From the NCBI RefSeq assembly GCF_964355755.1, contig NC_092671.1, positions 36,032,304-36,096,303 of the forward strand: a stretch of DNA of 64,000 bases, written 5' to 3'. Below, one piece after another: positions 1 through 37,400 of this stretch. How positions within the stretch are numbered: the stretch's first letter is position 1; each line of letters begins with the position of its first letter. A program made the position numbers and the translations under genes. This DNA is from Antedon mediterranea. Lineage: Eukaryota > Animalia > Echinodermata. The notes beneath the pieces were generated by a model. It saw nothing but the letters and a program-made list of their open reading frames with translations. It made no database searches and was not told where the DNA came from.

Positions 1-2999
1 ATTAATAGTTATTGCCAACCTAGCTTTAAATAGGATTAGGCCTATAACATTCATCTGTGAGCATGGAGTAAGGAATAAGGTTTTAGCATGGAGGTATAAA
101 AATAAAATATTTTATACCTCCATGGTTTTATTGTGACTTGTGTGAATTTCGACACCACCAACTCGTCTTATTTTTAGTATAATACTATAATATTAATAAT
201 AGTCTTTAATTTATCATTATTCATATCACTTTTCATTCATTTTAAAACATTTAATTTTCTTTTCTATGTAGAGTTTGTGATTAAAAAAAATTATACATAA
301 GAGCAGCGAAACTCAAAAAGCGAAAACTTGTGAATGGCTGCCAAAAATAGAAAATAAGGCCAGGAGAGATTATGGTGCTTGGTTTTCCCTTCATGATTAA
401 TTAGATTTTAATGCTAATATAAATTTGTGAAAATTGTAACTAGGCCTATACTGTACATCCAATAATGTAATTATTTTAGAGAAAATGACCAAATAATCTA
501 AGTTAAATATTTTTTGGAATGTGTACTTTACAGTACTTAGTACCGTTATGTTGAAAATTCTTCCAAAGCAATAACGTTCAAACCAACATTCACACAATTA
601 AACTTTTTATGTACATATTTTAATAAATAATGTCTTTCTTTTAATAGGTATTAACACACTTGAATGAACAATATGAGCAAGTAGTGGAAAATGGTGAAGA
701 AATCAACACAAAATGTGGTAGCAACATTCACAATATTTATTTGAACGTTTCTTACTATGACACTTTAAAATGGATGAACAATCAAAGAAGACAAGCTATT
801 GATGTAATGCCACAATCAACACATCAATTAATAGTTGAAAATAAATTGTCAACAATAATGCAGAAATTCAATGAAATATACTAGTAATTAACTCATTTTT
901 TACTGTACTGTACTGTAAATCTTCACACATTAAAATTATGGTGATTTTATCTCATGTACTGTAGTAGTATTTTTTATTTATTTAATGCTGTATACAAATG
1001 TTATTGCTCTAATTATGAAAACTATACAACATTTTAAAAGCTGGAAAACAACCAACACATTTGCCTAATGCTTTATGATAGTCATCCAATATTTATCTTG
1101 TGTTCCACTACCGAGTCTACTGCCAGTTGCCTTTAAAATGCTGTATGGGTGTAACTTCTGTTCCAGTCTTCATTAGCTTAAGTCTATAAATTGAAAAACA
1201 ATGATGTATAAATACAAAAGTCAAATAGAAAAGTTAAATATTTCACAATTTATTGCATACATATAATTATTATTTCTGTACATGAATCTGAAGTTTTCAA
1301 TTTGGGGTACTAATGTACAGTAAGGAATCCCTGAAAAGTGCATCTCCTCCCTAAAAAAGGCCTAGTCTAATTACTAGTGTTTTCGTTTTGGTTGCTATCA
1401 ACAACAATCTATTCTACCGTCAACTTCTTTGGTACTGTATGCTGATCATTTTCCAAATGTTCGTTTTTTGTCATCAGTTAGTCTTTTTGTAGACTTTAAA
1501 ATTAATTCGAGCTCCAAATGTATATCAGTGGTACATCAACATAGTAGGCCTATTTCCTGTAGCTAGTTGTGGAGTGATGGCTTAGCTAGGTGAGTACGAT
1601 ATATAGGACCTAGCTAGGCCTCAAAGTGGGTTCCCGTCTACTTTTCTGACCCGATTATCTGCCTGCCTACAGCTGCTGCTACACTACACTACACAGTAGT
1701 AAACTACAGTACTAACTAGGCCTAGGCCCTACTAGATAGTAGAAGTAGGCTTATATTATAGCCCTAACCTAGATAGCTAAGCCTATAACTATACGCCAAA
1801 AACTATTATAGGAGGATGTGTCATTCATCTAAAATAGAATTCTACTTACCAGCAAATTAACGGCAGAGCTTTTTACATCATACGATCAGGGAAACCCCAG
1901 CACTTTCTTCTGTTCTTCGCACATGTTTGTTTACGTGGTGAACAGATCGGATCTCCCCTGTTTGGAAACTCATTAACATATCATGCATATTTATGAGCTG
2001 TTAGCTAACCATCGTTATTTTGGAATTTCTGAACTTATGAGTTCGAAAAAAGGGTAAACTTATTTTGATTTTTTATAAGCGAAATCAATATTTTTTCCGG
2101 ATTTTTTTTCGGCGAAAGTGAATAACTTTATTATAACTACAAAATGGTCTATTCAAAATTTGATTTTTTTCATCTTTATTTTTCATGTTTTGGGGGACAA
2201 TACAACTTTAAGTGAGCAAGTTCTAGTTCTACTGTATTTAAAATGCATTTTTTACCTAAAATGTCATGAGTACACGTTAGATTGTTAAAATGGCAACAGA
2301 AAGACATGTATGGCAATCTAATTCACTCACTCTGTGAGTGATATTTTAATTACAACCTGGGTGGAACTTATTGAGTGGGTACTTAAGTGAGTGAGTTCTT
2401 GTTCTATTATATTTAAAATGCTAATTAAACGCATTGCAATAAACGCTAGTTGTATATATCTAGATTCTACTTGCAAAATGAAAATAAATAAAAACTGTGA
2501 AGGTTTATAAAGATTAGGAAGATGCGCACCGGAATGAGGTCAGTAACATCTACTAATTAATGTCAAATCTTCATTTTCCGACAAACGTCTACAGAAGGAA
2601 CTAAAAGTGATTACGAGGCGATCAGATGATGCAAAGTCAGTCTCAGGGGGGCGGTGGTATAATAAACGAAATACTAACAGAGATTATGTACTACAAGGTG
2701 ATGCAGCAGTTTTCAAAAATTCACAAGGTATTTGAGTAATCTTAGTCTGGACTTCACCTAGGCTTGGTAAATTTGATTAGGAAGAATGTAGCAGTGGCGC
2801 AGCAGTGGGGCTGAAGTACTTAAGTGTTTTGTCTTGTCTTGTTCATGTCACATGGTTGGTGTCATTGAGCAAAGAATTTTGTTTTCAATCTATTACCTTA
2901 TTTTAGTTCATATTTATTTCATATTTGAGTGAAATAAACTTTTATAATATATCAATGTACAACTCACTTAATCATGTATGTTTTTTGTTTTTTCTATAT

Positions 3000-3236
3000 T
3001 TAAGCAAATTGCCAAGGAAAAGCGAATTCATTTAGTATCCTTCTTGAAGGTGGCAATCCCGTTCACAAGACAAACATATACACAAGATGCTCTACATCAA
3101 CAAAGTCTTATTACAAGTCTTTAAAATTTGAGTTGTAAATTTTCATTAGAAAAAATCCTGACATATGACAGGACTTGAACCCAGGACCCTTGGATTGGTA
3201 GCCAAGCTTTATAACCCCCAAGCCACAACTCCACTC
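3000..3236 (-). mobile_element. tRNA-derived SINE-like element (second copy 8660-8876)
   Basis: Minus-strand tRNA-like head (B-box GGGTTCAAGTCC), and a body shared with 8660-8876 (gcaaattgccaagg...aagcgaattca...ggtggcaat...acacaagatg). Confidence 0.6.
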
Positions 3237-3359
3237 AAAATGTATTTTGTTTTTTTTTCCATTTGATTTATGTACAGTAATTAATGATGTACTCTTTGAT
3301 AGACATTACAGTAAAGATAAAGTGAGTATGATCAGTGTTTTTTTTAAGCGATCACTCAC

Positions 3360-27511
<24,152 letters not shown>

Positions 27512-28437
27512 GTTGAAAATGCAAAATGTTTTTTTCATATGGTTTTTTTTATAATTGGACTCTAGAGGGCACTATACCGTTTTTTTAGTTTGTTCTGATC
27601 TCCATTATTGTATGTTAGTTTGTTTGTCCAAATATCGGTTCGTCGCCTTGTATGCTTTTCCTTTCGAAATTATCATTAAAATACAAAATGCATGTATGTA
27701 TATGTAAATAAAAATGACAAGACAATTTGGTGGTGGTTTGTCATTGTACATTTGACGAGCTCATGCGGCGTTTAAACACGCATTATAAATAACATAGGCC
27801 TAAAGTTTCCTCAAACACGATTTGTTAGTCATTAAGTGACGTAAATGAAATTAAAAAGTATAATGTGTTACTGTTAATGACATATGTAATTGTATATACT
27901 TAGGCCTAACTCTACTTTGAATAAAAATTTGATTAAAAAAAATTATTAACCTGAATAACTGTAATTTAAAGCAAAAAAAAGTCAATTTGACTGCCAGCCA
28001 ATGGTTTTTTGATTAAAATTGACCATTTATTTTGTCAATTTATATGAGAAAACTATTATTTTTTCCGTCTTTTTACGGAAGGGATTAACTTTATAAAAAC
28101 TACAAAATAACCTATTCAAAGTCTGATTTAATTAATTCCTTTTCATGTTTTGGGGGGACAATACATCTTTAATCGTAGTAGAGATAATGGCACTACCCTA
28201 CCAACTATTAAAATAAACATGTACCTCTTATTGTATTCGATCTATTTCCATTTTTTTAAATTTTCTTTTCGAATTTATTATAGCTATCCAAGATGTGATG
28301 ATACGACAAAGGTTGTAGACCTACCATACCGGACAGACACGCCTCAATTTGGAATTAACTCGGATTCCCAGATTAAACAACTGAGGTTTAGGATATGAAG
28401 TGACTATTCTTACAAAACTATCAAAGTCAGGTCCACG

Positions 28438-31400
28438 ATGAAGTCGGAGTTCTCAATCCTGCTGGTGCTAACAGCGCTGTCTATTTATATTGCATCAGGT
28501 AATATTCTTATTAATACTAATTATATAAAATACCGTACTACCGCAATAATAATAATAGGTCTATGCAGCAATGTATGACGCTTCAGGCCTCATCATTTAT
28601 TTTTGTTCAAACTTAATAACTTTATGGGACGAAAGTTGTTGAAAATTTATTTACAATTTTAGGTAATCCAGTTTGTGAAGTTTGTAACTGTAAAAATCCT
28701 GATCTTAGTGCAGAAGTAGTAGATGGCTGTCAGCTGTGTGTTTGCCTAATAGTCCCTCCGTCTAATCCAATACCAGATAAGGGTAAGTTTAGTTTTATAT
28801 TTATAGGCCTATAATTAAAAGAGAATTTAGTTTTTATTGCATAGTTAAAGATGTATTGTCCCCCAAAACATGAAAAAGGATTAATTAAATCAGACTTTGA
28901 ATAGGTTATTTTGTAGTTTTAATAAAGTTAATAACTTCCGTAGAAGAAAAAAATGTTTTCACTTATAACCATGAGAAAATAAATGGTTAGATTCTACCAA
29001 AAATCCATTGGCTGACAGCCAATTTAACTATTTTTGGCTTTACAGTTTTTGCAGGTAAATACGCATTGTTTCGATCTAATTTTGGTAAAATTGGATAACT
29101 ATTATGTGACCTTAAAACAGCATATACAAAAAATAATAATGTCAATAATTATTTTTTCAGGGGGACAATACATCTTTAATGTTTCCCATTCTTCTACTGA
29201 TAATGTTTTTGTCTTAAAAAATAGTGACATACTGTATAGTAACATTAATATTAACTGCTTAATATAATATTTGTGTACAAATTTTAAATAGTTATTAAAT
29301 AGTTATACTCACACTCCTTTTGGCTTTAAATTATACTTTCCTAACCGGACTTGACACACGAGAGGTGTGGTGGTTGGGTCGTTTTGAACGTGTTGAAACC
29401 ATATCAACAGTACTGTATAATATAACTCCAAAGTTTAAATAACTATCAGTAATAAGTTTTTTGTTTTTTTTAAAGGGTAATTTTGAATAATAATAGTCGG
29501 CCACCTGACCACCAATCCCCACGCCCAGCAAAGCAAACCCCGTTACTAGGCGATTAATCAGACACATTATTCATCAGAATGCTTTTCCCACAGACTGTCC
29601 TCTGCACTGTTCGTTTGGTTGTTTGGAAACCGGTTCTGATAGTAAAGGATGCCCTGTATGTGACTGTTTTCCATCTCAGCCTAAACCACCTACTTGTGAG
29701 TTCATTTTATTGTAGTTTATTGAAAAATTAAAAGTAGTAGTATTACTGTACAACTCATGTTCATTATGTTTCATTAAAAAATATCGACTACAACGACATA
29801 CAGACAAACTGACTCAAAATTGGTCAAGTAACAGATTTAATGACAGAATACAATTTTCAATTCAATTCAAATTCTTTATTGCAACAAAGTAAACATTGTT
29901 GAATTTACAATATTAAAATAGCAATTAATAAATAATTAAAATTACAAGTTCACATTACAACATATACAAATATAATGATAAAATGTTAAAATTAATTTAT
30001 TTTATTTTAATAATAATTTTCAAAAAAAATTATAAAACAAGCGCTGTGAATCATGTATTTCTTAGTCTGCCCTCTTGTCTGTCCGTTCGACTGTGTGAAG
30101 GACCTACTTAGGTCTATATTTATAATTACTATGACCTAAGTTAATGCTTTTAATTGAATTCTGGTGGGATCCAGGTGGAAGTTTTAAAATGATAATTCAA
30201 TTCAATTCAATTCAAAGCAAAATTTATTTACTCCTTTCACATTACAAAACTGAATGAACTCAATGAACAATATATATTTTTAAAAATTAGAAAGAAGAAG
30301 ATACAAACCCAGAAAGATGAAAAACACATCGTGTGGAGGGCGTACCTATCACTGACAGACAATTAAAAAAATAATAATAATAAATAAATAAATAAATAAA
30401 AAATTGACCGAAGAATAGTTAATATTTGGAAATAAGGTGACTTTTAAGTTTAGATAATTGTTATCCTTTAGTTTGTAAACCATGTGAATGTGAAACAATC
30501 GATTTACCAGCTGGTATCGGTGGATGTCCAATATGTGACTGTTCTCCATCTCTGCCTAAACCTCCTACTAGTGAGTTATTCTTATTTGTATTGCAGTTTC
30601 TTGAAAATGAAAAGTAGTACCTGTAGTAGTGTTAACGTACAATTCATGTTTATTGTGTTTCATTTAATATCGACTACAAAGAAATACAGACAAAAGATTG
30701 ATCAAGTAACAATTTTAATGACAGACTTTTACAATTTTCTTAGTCTGCTCTCCGTTTTGTCCGTTTGGCTGTGTGGAGACTGGATTAGATGCCCTAAGTT
30801 GCCCAATTTGTGATTGCTCTTCTCAGGATCCGGAACCTCCCACAGGTAAGTCAAATCTATCTTTCTATTTATTCTTCTTCTTTTTAATTTTACTGAAAAC
30901 CATTTTTACAAAATTAAAGGTCCACGATGAAATATGTGTTCTTAATCCTGGTTCATAATAATTTTTCTTATTAATAATAATTATATCAAAATACTACCCC
31001 AATATCAATAGGTGACGTCTATTCAGACATGTATAAATTTGTTTGCACTTCAGGCCCCAGCATTTTATTTTTTTTCAAACTTAATCACTTTTTGGAGGAA
31101 ATCTTGCTAATTAAGGTGTTTAAGAGGAAACATGAGTACGACGAGATAGTTAGTATGTAAACCTTTATGAGGATTAGAACATTTTGATTGTTATGCTTTA
31201 GACTGTAAACCATGCGAATGTAAAGAAATCGAGATACCAGGTATCGTTGGATGTCCACTGTGTATCTGCGACGACCCCGAGCCGCCACCAAGTAAGCTAA
31301 CATCATTTTGTTAATGTTGTAAATTGACATGAATAAAAATATCTGGCATTGTATAGTGAGATTGATTTTGTTGTAGGTCTGACCATCAATGTACAGTCAA

Positions 31401-34400
31401 CAACAAGGCGAAATGAACTCTGAACCCAACATACTTAAAAACTAAATCAACTCAAAAGTTAACGTTATATCATCATTTTATTTACATTTATTTTGGAAAA
31501 TCCAGTTTGTGAAGATTGTAACTGTAAAAATCCTGACCCTGATGCAGAAGTAGTAGATGGCTGTCAGCTGTGTGTTTGCCTAATAATCCCTCCGCCTAAT
31601 CCAATACCAGATACGGGTAAGCTTAGTTTTATATTCATAACTATGATATAAATTTAGTTTTTCATAAACAATACAAGTTCCTTGTTTTATTCTTTTTTAA
31701 CTTTCGTGATCCATGTTGATTTGTTCTTTTTACTTTGCAGAGCCCCTTCGGGGAGTCTTAGCAAATCCATATGCCAATGTAGTCTTTGTTTTTTTAATTG
31801 TACTCGAGTTTTTTTTCTGTGTTAGGCTTTAATGAAAGTGACAATGTCAACGTTGGTAGACAATGTATTTTATATGAGGCAAAGATGCTCCAGATGAAAT
31901 AGTATTTTAAGATTAGAGCGCGTCATTGTACTCACTTTTATTTAAATGCAATGTATACGAAATGGGTGTTATTATATGTGTTTACATAAAATGTCTTTCG
32001 TTAAAACTGCCTCAATATAAATTTATTAACAAAACATGTCATTTATTCTAAAGTTATGTTTATTTCGACAATTTTTTTTTTTTTTTTTTTTTTTTCTGTA
32101 AGCTTCCATTAGAGCGGTTTACTACATAAAGTTTGTAGGCAAAGCTTCCATTAGAGCGGTTTACTACATAAAGTTTGTAGGCAAAGCTTCCATTAGAGCG
32201 GTTTACTACATAAAGTTTGTAGGCAAAGCTTCCATTAGAGCGGTTTACTACATAAAGTTTGTAGGCAAAGCTTCCATTAGAGCGGTTTACTACATAAAGT
32301 TTGTAGGCAAAGCTTCCATTAGAGCGGTTTACTACATAAAGTTTGTAGGCAAAGCTTCCATTAGAGCGGTTTACTACATAAAGTTTGTAGGCAAAGCTTC
32401 CATTAGAGCGGTTTACTACATAAAGTTTGTAGGCAAAGCTTCCATTAGAGCGGTTTACTACATAAAGTTTGTAGGCAAAGCTTCCATTAGAGCGGTTTAC
32501 TACATAAAGTTTGTAGGCAAAGCTTCCATTAGAGCGGTTTACTACATAAAGTTTGTAGGCAAATTTATTATTATGTTAAGTTATTGTATCGTGATTATGT
32601 AACATTAATACTTTTTCTGCTCATAATTGTGTACAGAGTTAAAATGAAGTAGAAATATTATTTGATAAGACTAATGTTTGTCCTTCACAAATAGTTATAC
32701 TAGAAAAATAAATATTTGGTACTCATTGTATTCGGCCTTAAATGGCACTCCTAACTTTCTAACCGATTTTACACATGAGAGGTGTGTGTGGTGGTTGGGT
32801 CGTTTTGTACGTTGTTGAAGCAAATACCAAAACAAACATCAACTACTGTATATAACTGAAAACGTCCACAATGTACACTTTTATATTAAGTTATCGAATT
32901 GGTCGCATGACCACCAATATCCACGCACACGCCCAGCAAAGCAAGCCCTGTTTTACTAGACGTACTGGAAAGACCAATACAACGATCATCAGACACATTA
33001 TTCATTACAATGGGTTTTTTTCACAGACTGCATACTGACTTGTCCGCTTGGTTGTATAAAAACCGGTTCTGATAGTAAAGGATGCCCAGTATGTAACTGT
33101 CTTTCATCTCAGCCCAAACCACCTACTTGTGAGTTCGTTTTATTGTAGTTTATTGAAAAATTAAAAAGTAGTAGTATTACTGTACAATTCATGTTTATTG
33201 TGTTTTATTAAAAAATATTATATAATCGACTACAACAAGAAAACATTTTAATCACAGAATTTTACACTTTATTTTTATTTTATTTTATTTTTATTTTTAT
33301 TTTATTTTATTTAACACTTTTCTTAGTCTGCTCTCCTGTGTGTCGGTTTGGCTGTGTGGAGACTGGATTAGATGCGTTAGGATGTCCAATTTGTGATTGC
33401 TCACCTGATGATCCGAAACCTCCTACTGGTAAGTGAAGTCTATTTCATTCTTCTTCTTGTTCATTTTACTAAAAACCATTTTTTTACAAAATTATCAAAC
33501 TTCAAAGGTCCATGATGAAGTCTGTGTCCTTAATCCTGATTCATATTATCAGGTAATATTTGTATTAATAATTATTATATCAAATACTACCCCAATAATA
33601 ATTAGTCTATGCAGAAATGTATTTATGACGCTTCAAGCCCCATCAGTACTTCATAATTTTTTGGGGGAAAACACAATTTAATCCGCCGTGATACGTGTAA
33701 AAATTATTATCATTACGGTGTTTAAGAAGAAACTTGAGTACCACGGGATGGGTATGTAAATCTAACTTTTATGATGATTAGAACATTTTGATGAACTGGT
33801 TTTTTTATATTGACAATAAAAATATCTGGCATGTTTTATAGTGATTTTGTTGTGATTTTCAGTACAGTAAACAACAAGGCGTAATAAACTCTGAACCCAT
33901 CATACAAACTAAATCAACTCAAACGTTATACCATCATATTTTATTGACATTTTTTGGAAAATCTAGTTTGTGAATTTTGTAACTGTAAAAATCCTGATCC
34001 TGATGCAGAAGTAGTAGATGGCTGTCAACTGTGTGTTTGCCTAATAGTCCCTCCTAAACCAGTACCAGATAAAGGTAAGAATTCTTTTATGATTAAAATA
34101 AATATATTTTTCATGAACAATAATACATTTTACAGAATGTAGAGTTCCTTTTTGATATGAATTTGTTGAAAAGAAATGATATATTATTTGCTGTGTTATC
34201 ATCAGTTACGCCTCTCGTTTTTCTACATAACCCTTTTTACTGTTTCTACTGCTATTTTCTTTTGTTATGAGCAGCAGCAGGATGGTTTTGTGTTGTGTGT
34301 ATATAATTTTCAATTTCTTTTATTTTTATTTCGCCCACTAAATCGTGTACAAAGTTTAAATGAAGTAAAATATTAATTATTAAGACTATTGCCCGTCCTT

Positions 34401-37400
34401 CATAAACTAATAATATTTTTTTTTGATAAATAAATATACTAAATATTTTACACTCCTTGTATTTGGCCTTATAAGCACTCTGATCCTAACTTTCCTAGCC
34501 GGATTTAAAGCCGGTAGTTGGTCGTTTTGAACGTTGATGAAGCAAACTGTAACAACACTACTATATATAACTCCAAAGTTTAAATAACTATCAAAGTATT
34601 TTTTAAAGGGTAATTTTCACCCGACCACCGGTCAACTGACCACCAATCCCCACGCCCAGCAAAGCAAACACTAGGCGTACTGGACAGACCAATAAAACGA
34701 ATAATCAGACACATTACTCATCAGAATGTTGTTTCCTCAGACTGCCCTCTGCATTGTCCGTTTGGTTGTTTAGAAACCGGTTCTGATAGTAAAGGATGCC
34801 CAGTATGTGACTGTTTTCCATCTCAGCCCAAACCACCTACTTGTGAGTTATTTTCATTGCAGTTTTGTGAAAAACAAAAGTAGTAATAGTATTACTGTAC
34901 AAGTCATTATGTTTCATAAAAAAATATCGACTACAACGATATACAGACAAACGATTGATCAAGATTGGCTTTTACAATTTTTTAGTCTGCTCTCCGATAT
35001 GTCCGTTTGGCTGTGTGGAGACTGGCTTAGATGCGCTAAGATGTCCAATTTGTGATTGCTCTTCTCAGGATCCGGAACCTCCCACAGGTAAGTCAAATCT
35101 ATCTTTCTATTTCTTCTTCTTCTTTTTAATTTTACTGAAAACCATTTTTACTAAATTAATGGTCCACGATGAAGTCTGTGTCCTTAATCCTGATTCATAA
35201 AAAAACATCAGGTAATAATTATTCTTATATAATATTAATTATATCAAGAAGAGCGTGTAACATAATATGCCCCGATGGTACCTCGTATGATACCTTAACA
35301 TCATCACTCTATCTGAACGCCGCGAGAAGTTTTCAAGAAAATTCTTTGATAAAATGAAAAAAAAAGATCATATATTACACACTCTCTTACCTAAACCTCC
35401 CACACACAACCATCAGCTCCGACGCGTTAGATCGTTCACCCTCCCCAAAGTCCGGACACAACGCACAAAAAACTTCATTACTTTCTACGGAGTTTTCAAT
35501 GATTGGTGAATGATCAGTAACTGAGTTATGATAAGCAAATTGTGAACCTCTATTGGTTTGTGTTACTGGATGTACTATGATGGCCATTGAAAGACTGGTT
35601 TGTGGACTATGATATATTTTAGTATTACTTGTTTGGACTGTGTTATACTATGAGTTTACATATTTACTATTATATTTATGTCAACTTCATCACTGCTTAC
35701 TTGATGCAATAAAGGAAATAAATAAATAAATAAAAATCAAAGTACTACCCCAATAACAATATTGACGTATATACAGAAATGTTGTAAAATCTTGTAAATA
35801 CGGTGTTTAGGAGGAAACTTGAGTACGACGAGATTGTTATGTAATATTTTATGAGGATGAAAACATTTTGATTGTTATCATTTAGATTGTAAGCCATGTG
35901 GCTGTAAAACAATAGATATACCAGGTATCGGTGGATGTCCACTGTGCATCTGCGACGACCCTGAGCCTCCACCAAGTAAGCTACATCATTTTGTTAATTG
36001 AATGCAGATATCTGGCACCGTATAGGGAGATTGTTTTTTTGTTGTAGGCCTAATCATCAATATACAGTCAACAACAAGGCGTAATGAACTCTGAACCCAT
36101 ACACCTAGAAACTAAATCAACTCAAACATTAACGTTATAACGTTTATTTACAATTTTAGATAATCCACCAGTTTGTGAAGTTTGTAACTGTAAAAATCCT
36201 GATCTTAGTGCAGAGGTAGTAGATGGCTGTCAGCTGTGTGTTTGTCTAATAGTCCCTCCGTCTAATCCAATACCAGATAAGGGTAAGCTTAGTTTTATAT
36301 GTATGTGACTAAAATATAAATCTAGTTTTTCATGAACAATAACATATTTTACAGAATGTAGAGTTTTTGTTTGCTGTGTTATCATCAGTTACGCCTCTCG
36401 TCTTTCTACGTAATCCTTTTTTACTTTGTTATGAGCAGCAGCATGATGGTTTTGTGTTGTGTGTATATAATCTTCAATTTCTTTTTTTTTCATTTCGACA
36501 ATTAAATCGTGTACAAAGTTTAAATGAAGTAAAATATTAATTAATAAAGACTATTGTCCGTCCTTCATATACTAATATAATATAATAAAAATAAATATAC
36601 TAAATATTTTACACTCCTTGAATTTGGCCTTAAGCACTCCTTAAACTTTTCTAACCGGATTTGACGCATGAAGCAAACACCATGTTACTCCTCTCTATTG
36701 AGAGTGAGGTGTGGTAGTTGGTAGTTTGATAATTATTAGTATAACTATCTTCCATAAGGCAAACTGTTATTAACAAGTTATCAAATCGGCAATCTGACCA
36801 CCAATCCCCATGCCCAGCAAAGCAAACCCTGTTACTAGGCGTACTGGAAAGACCAATAAAACGATCAGACACATTATCTGTTTTTTCCACAGACTGCCCT
36901 CTGCACTGTCCGTTTGGTTGTTTAAAAAGCGGTTCTGATAGTAAAGGATGCCCCGTATGTGACTGTTTTCCATCTCAGCCTAAACCACCTACTAGTGAGT
37001 TATTCTTATTTTTATTGCAGTTCTTGAAAAAGAAAAGTAGTATAGTAGTATTACTGTACAATTCATGTTAATAATATATATAATAATAACAGGATTTTTA
37101 TAGCGCACATACCACCACTCAAGAGTGCTCAAGGCGCATTTAAAAAATAAAAAACAAATCATACAAATTCCTGACAAATGTTTATTATGTTTCATTAAAA
37201 GATATGCCAAACGTACAGGGAATGGCTTAGCAATTGACATTAAAGATATAGTTGTATAGCTACCCAAGAGAGACACGTACGACGAAAAAAAAACGTATTC
37301 AAATTATTAATTATCAATATTATTACATTATTGACGATAATTAACCAATAATTAACCGATAAACTGCCTGTGGAAACGGCAGTTTAAGAACCTCAACTAA

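Noticed and set aside
600-2211. Possible host gene (ORF 660-884, exon-like segment ~1850-1924)
   Set aside because: No recognisable protein. The region ends in a Kolobok-like TIR, so it is more likely transposon interior.
2680-2892. Candidate terminal exon of SMARCC
   Set aside because: Several acceptors (~2889, ~2810, ~2757) give different short tails; I cannot choose without RNA data.
32101-32562. 42-bp repeat array as a CRISPR
   Set aside because: Units are contiguous and identical with no spacers, there are no cas genes, and the context is a eukaryotic intron.
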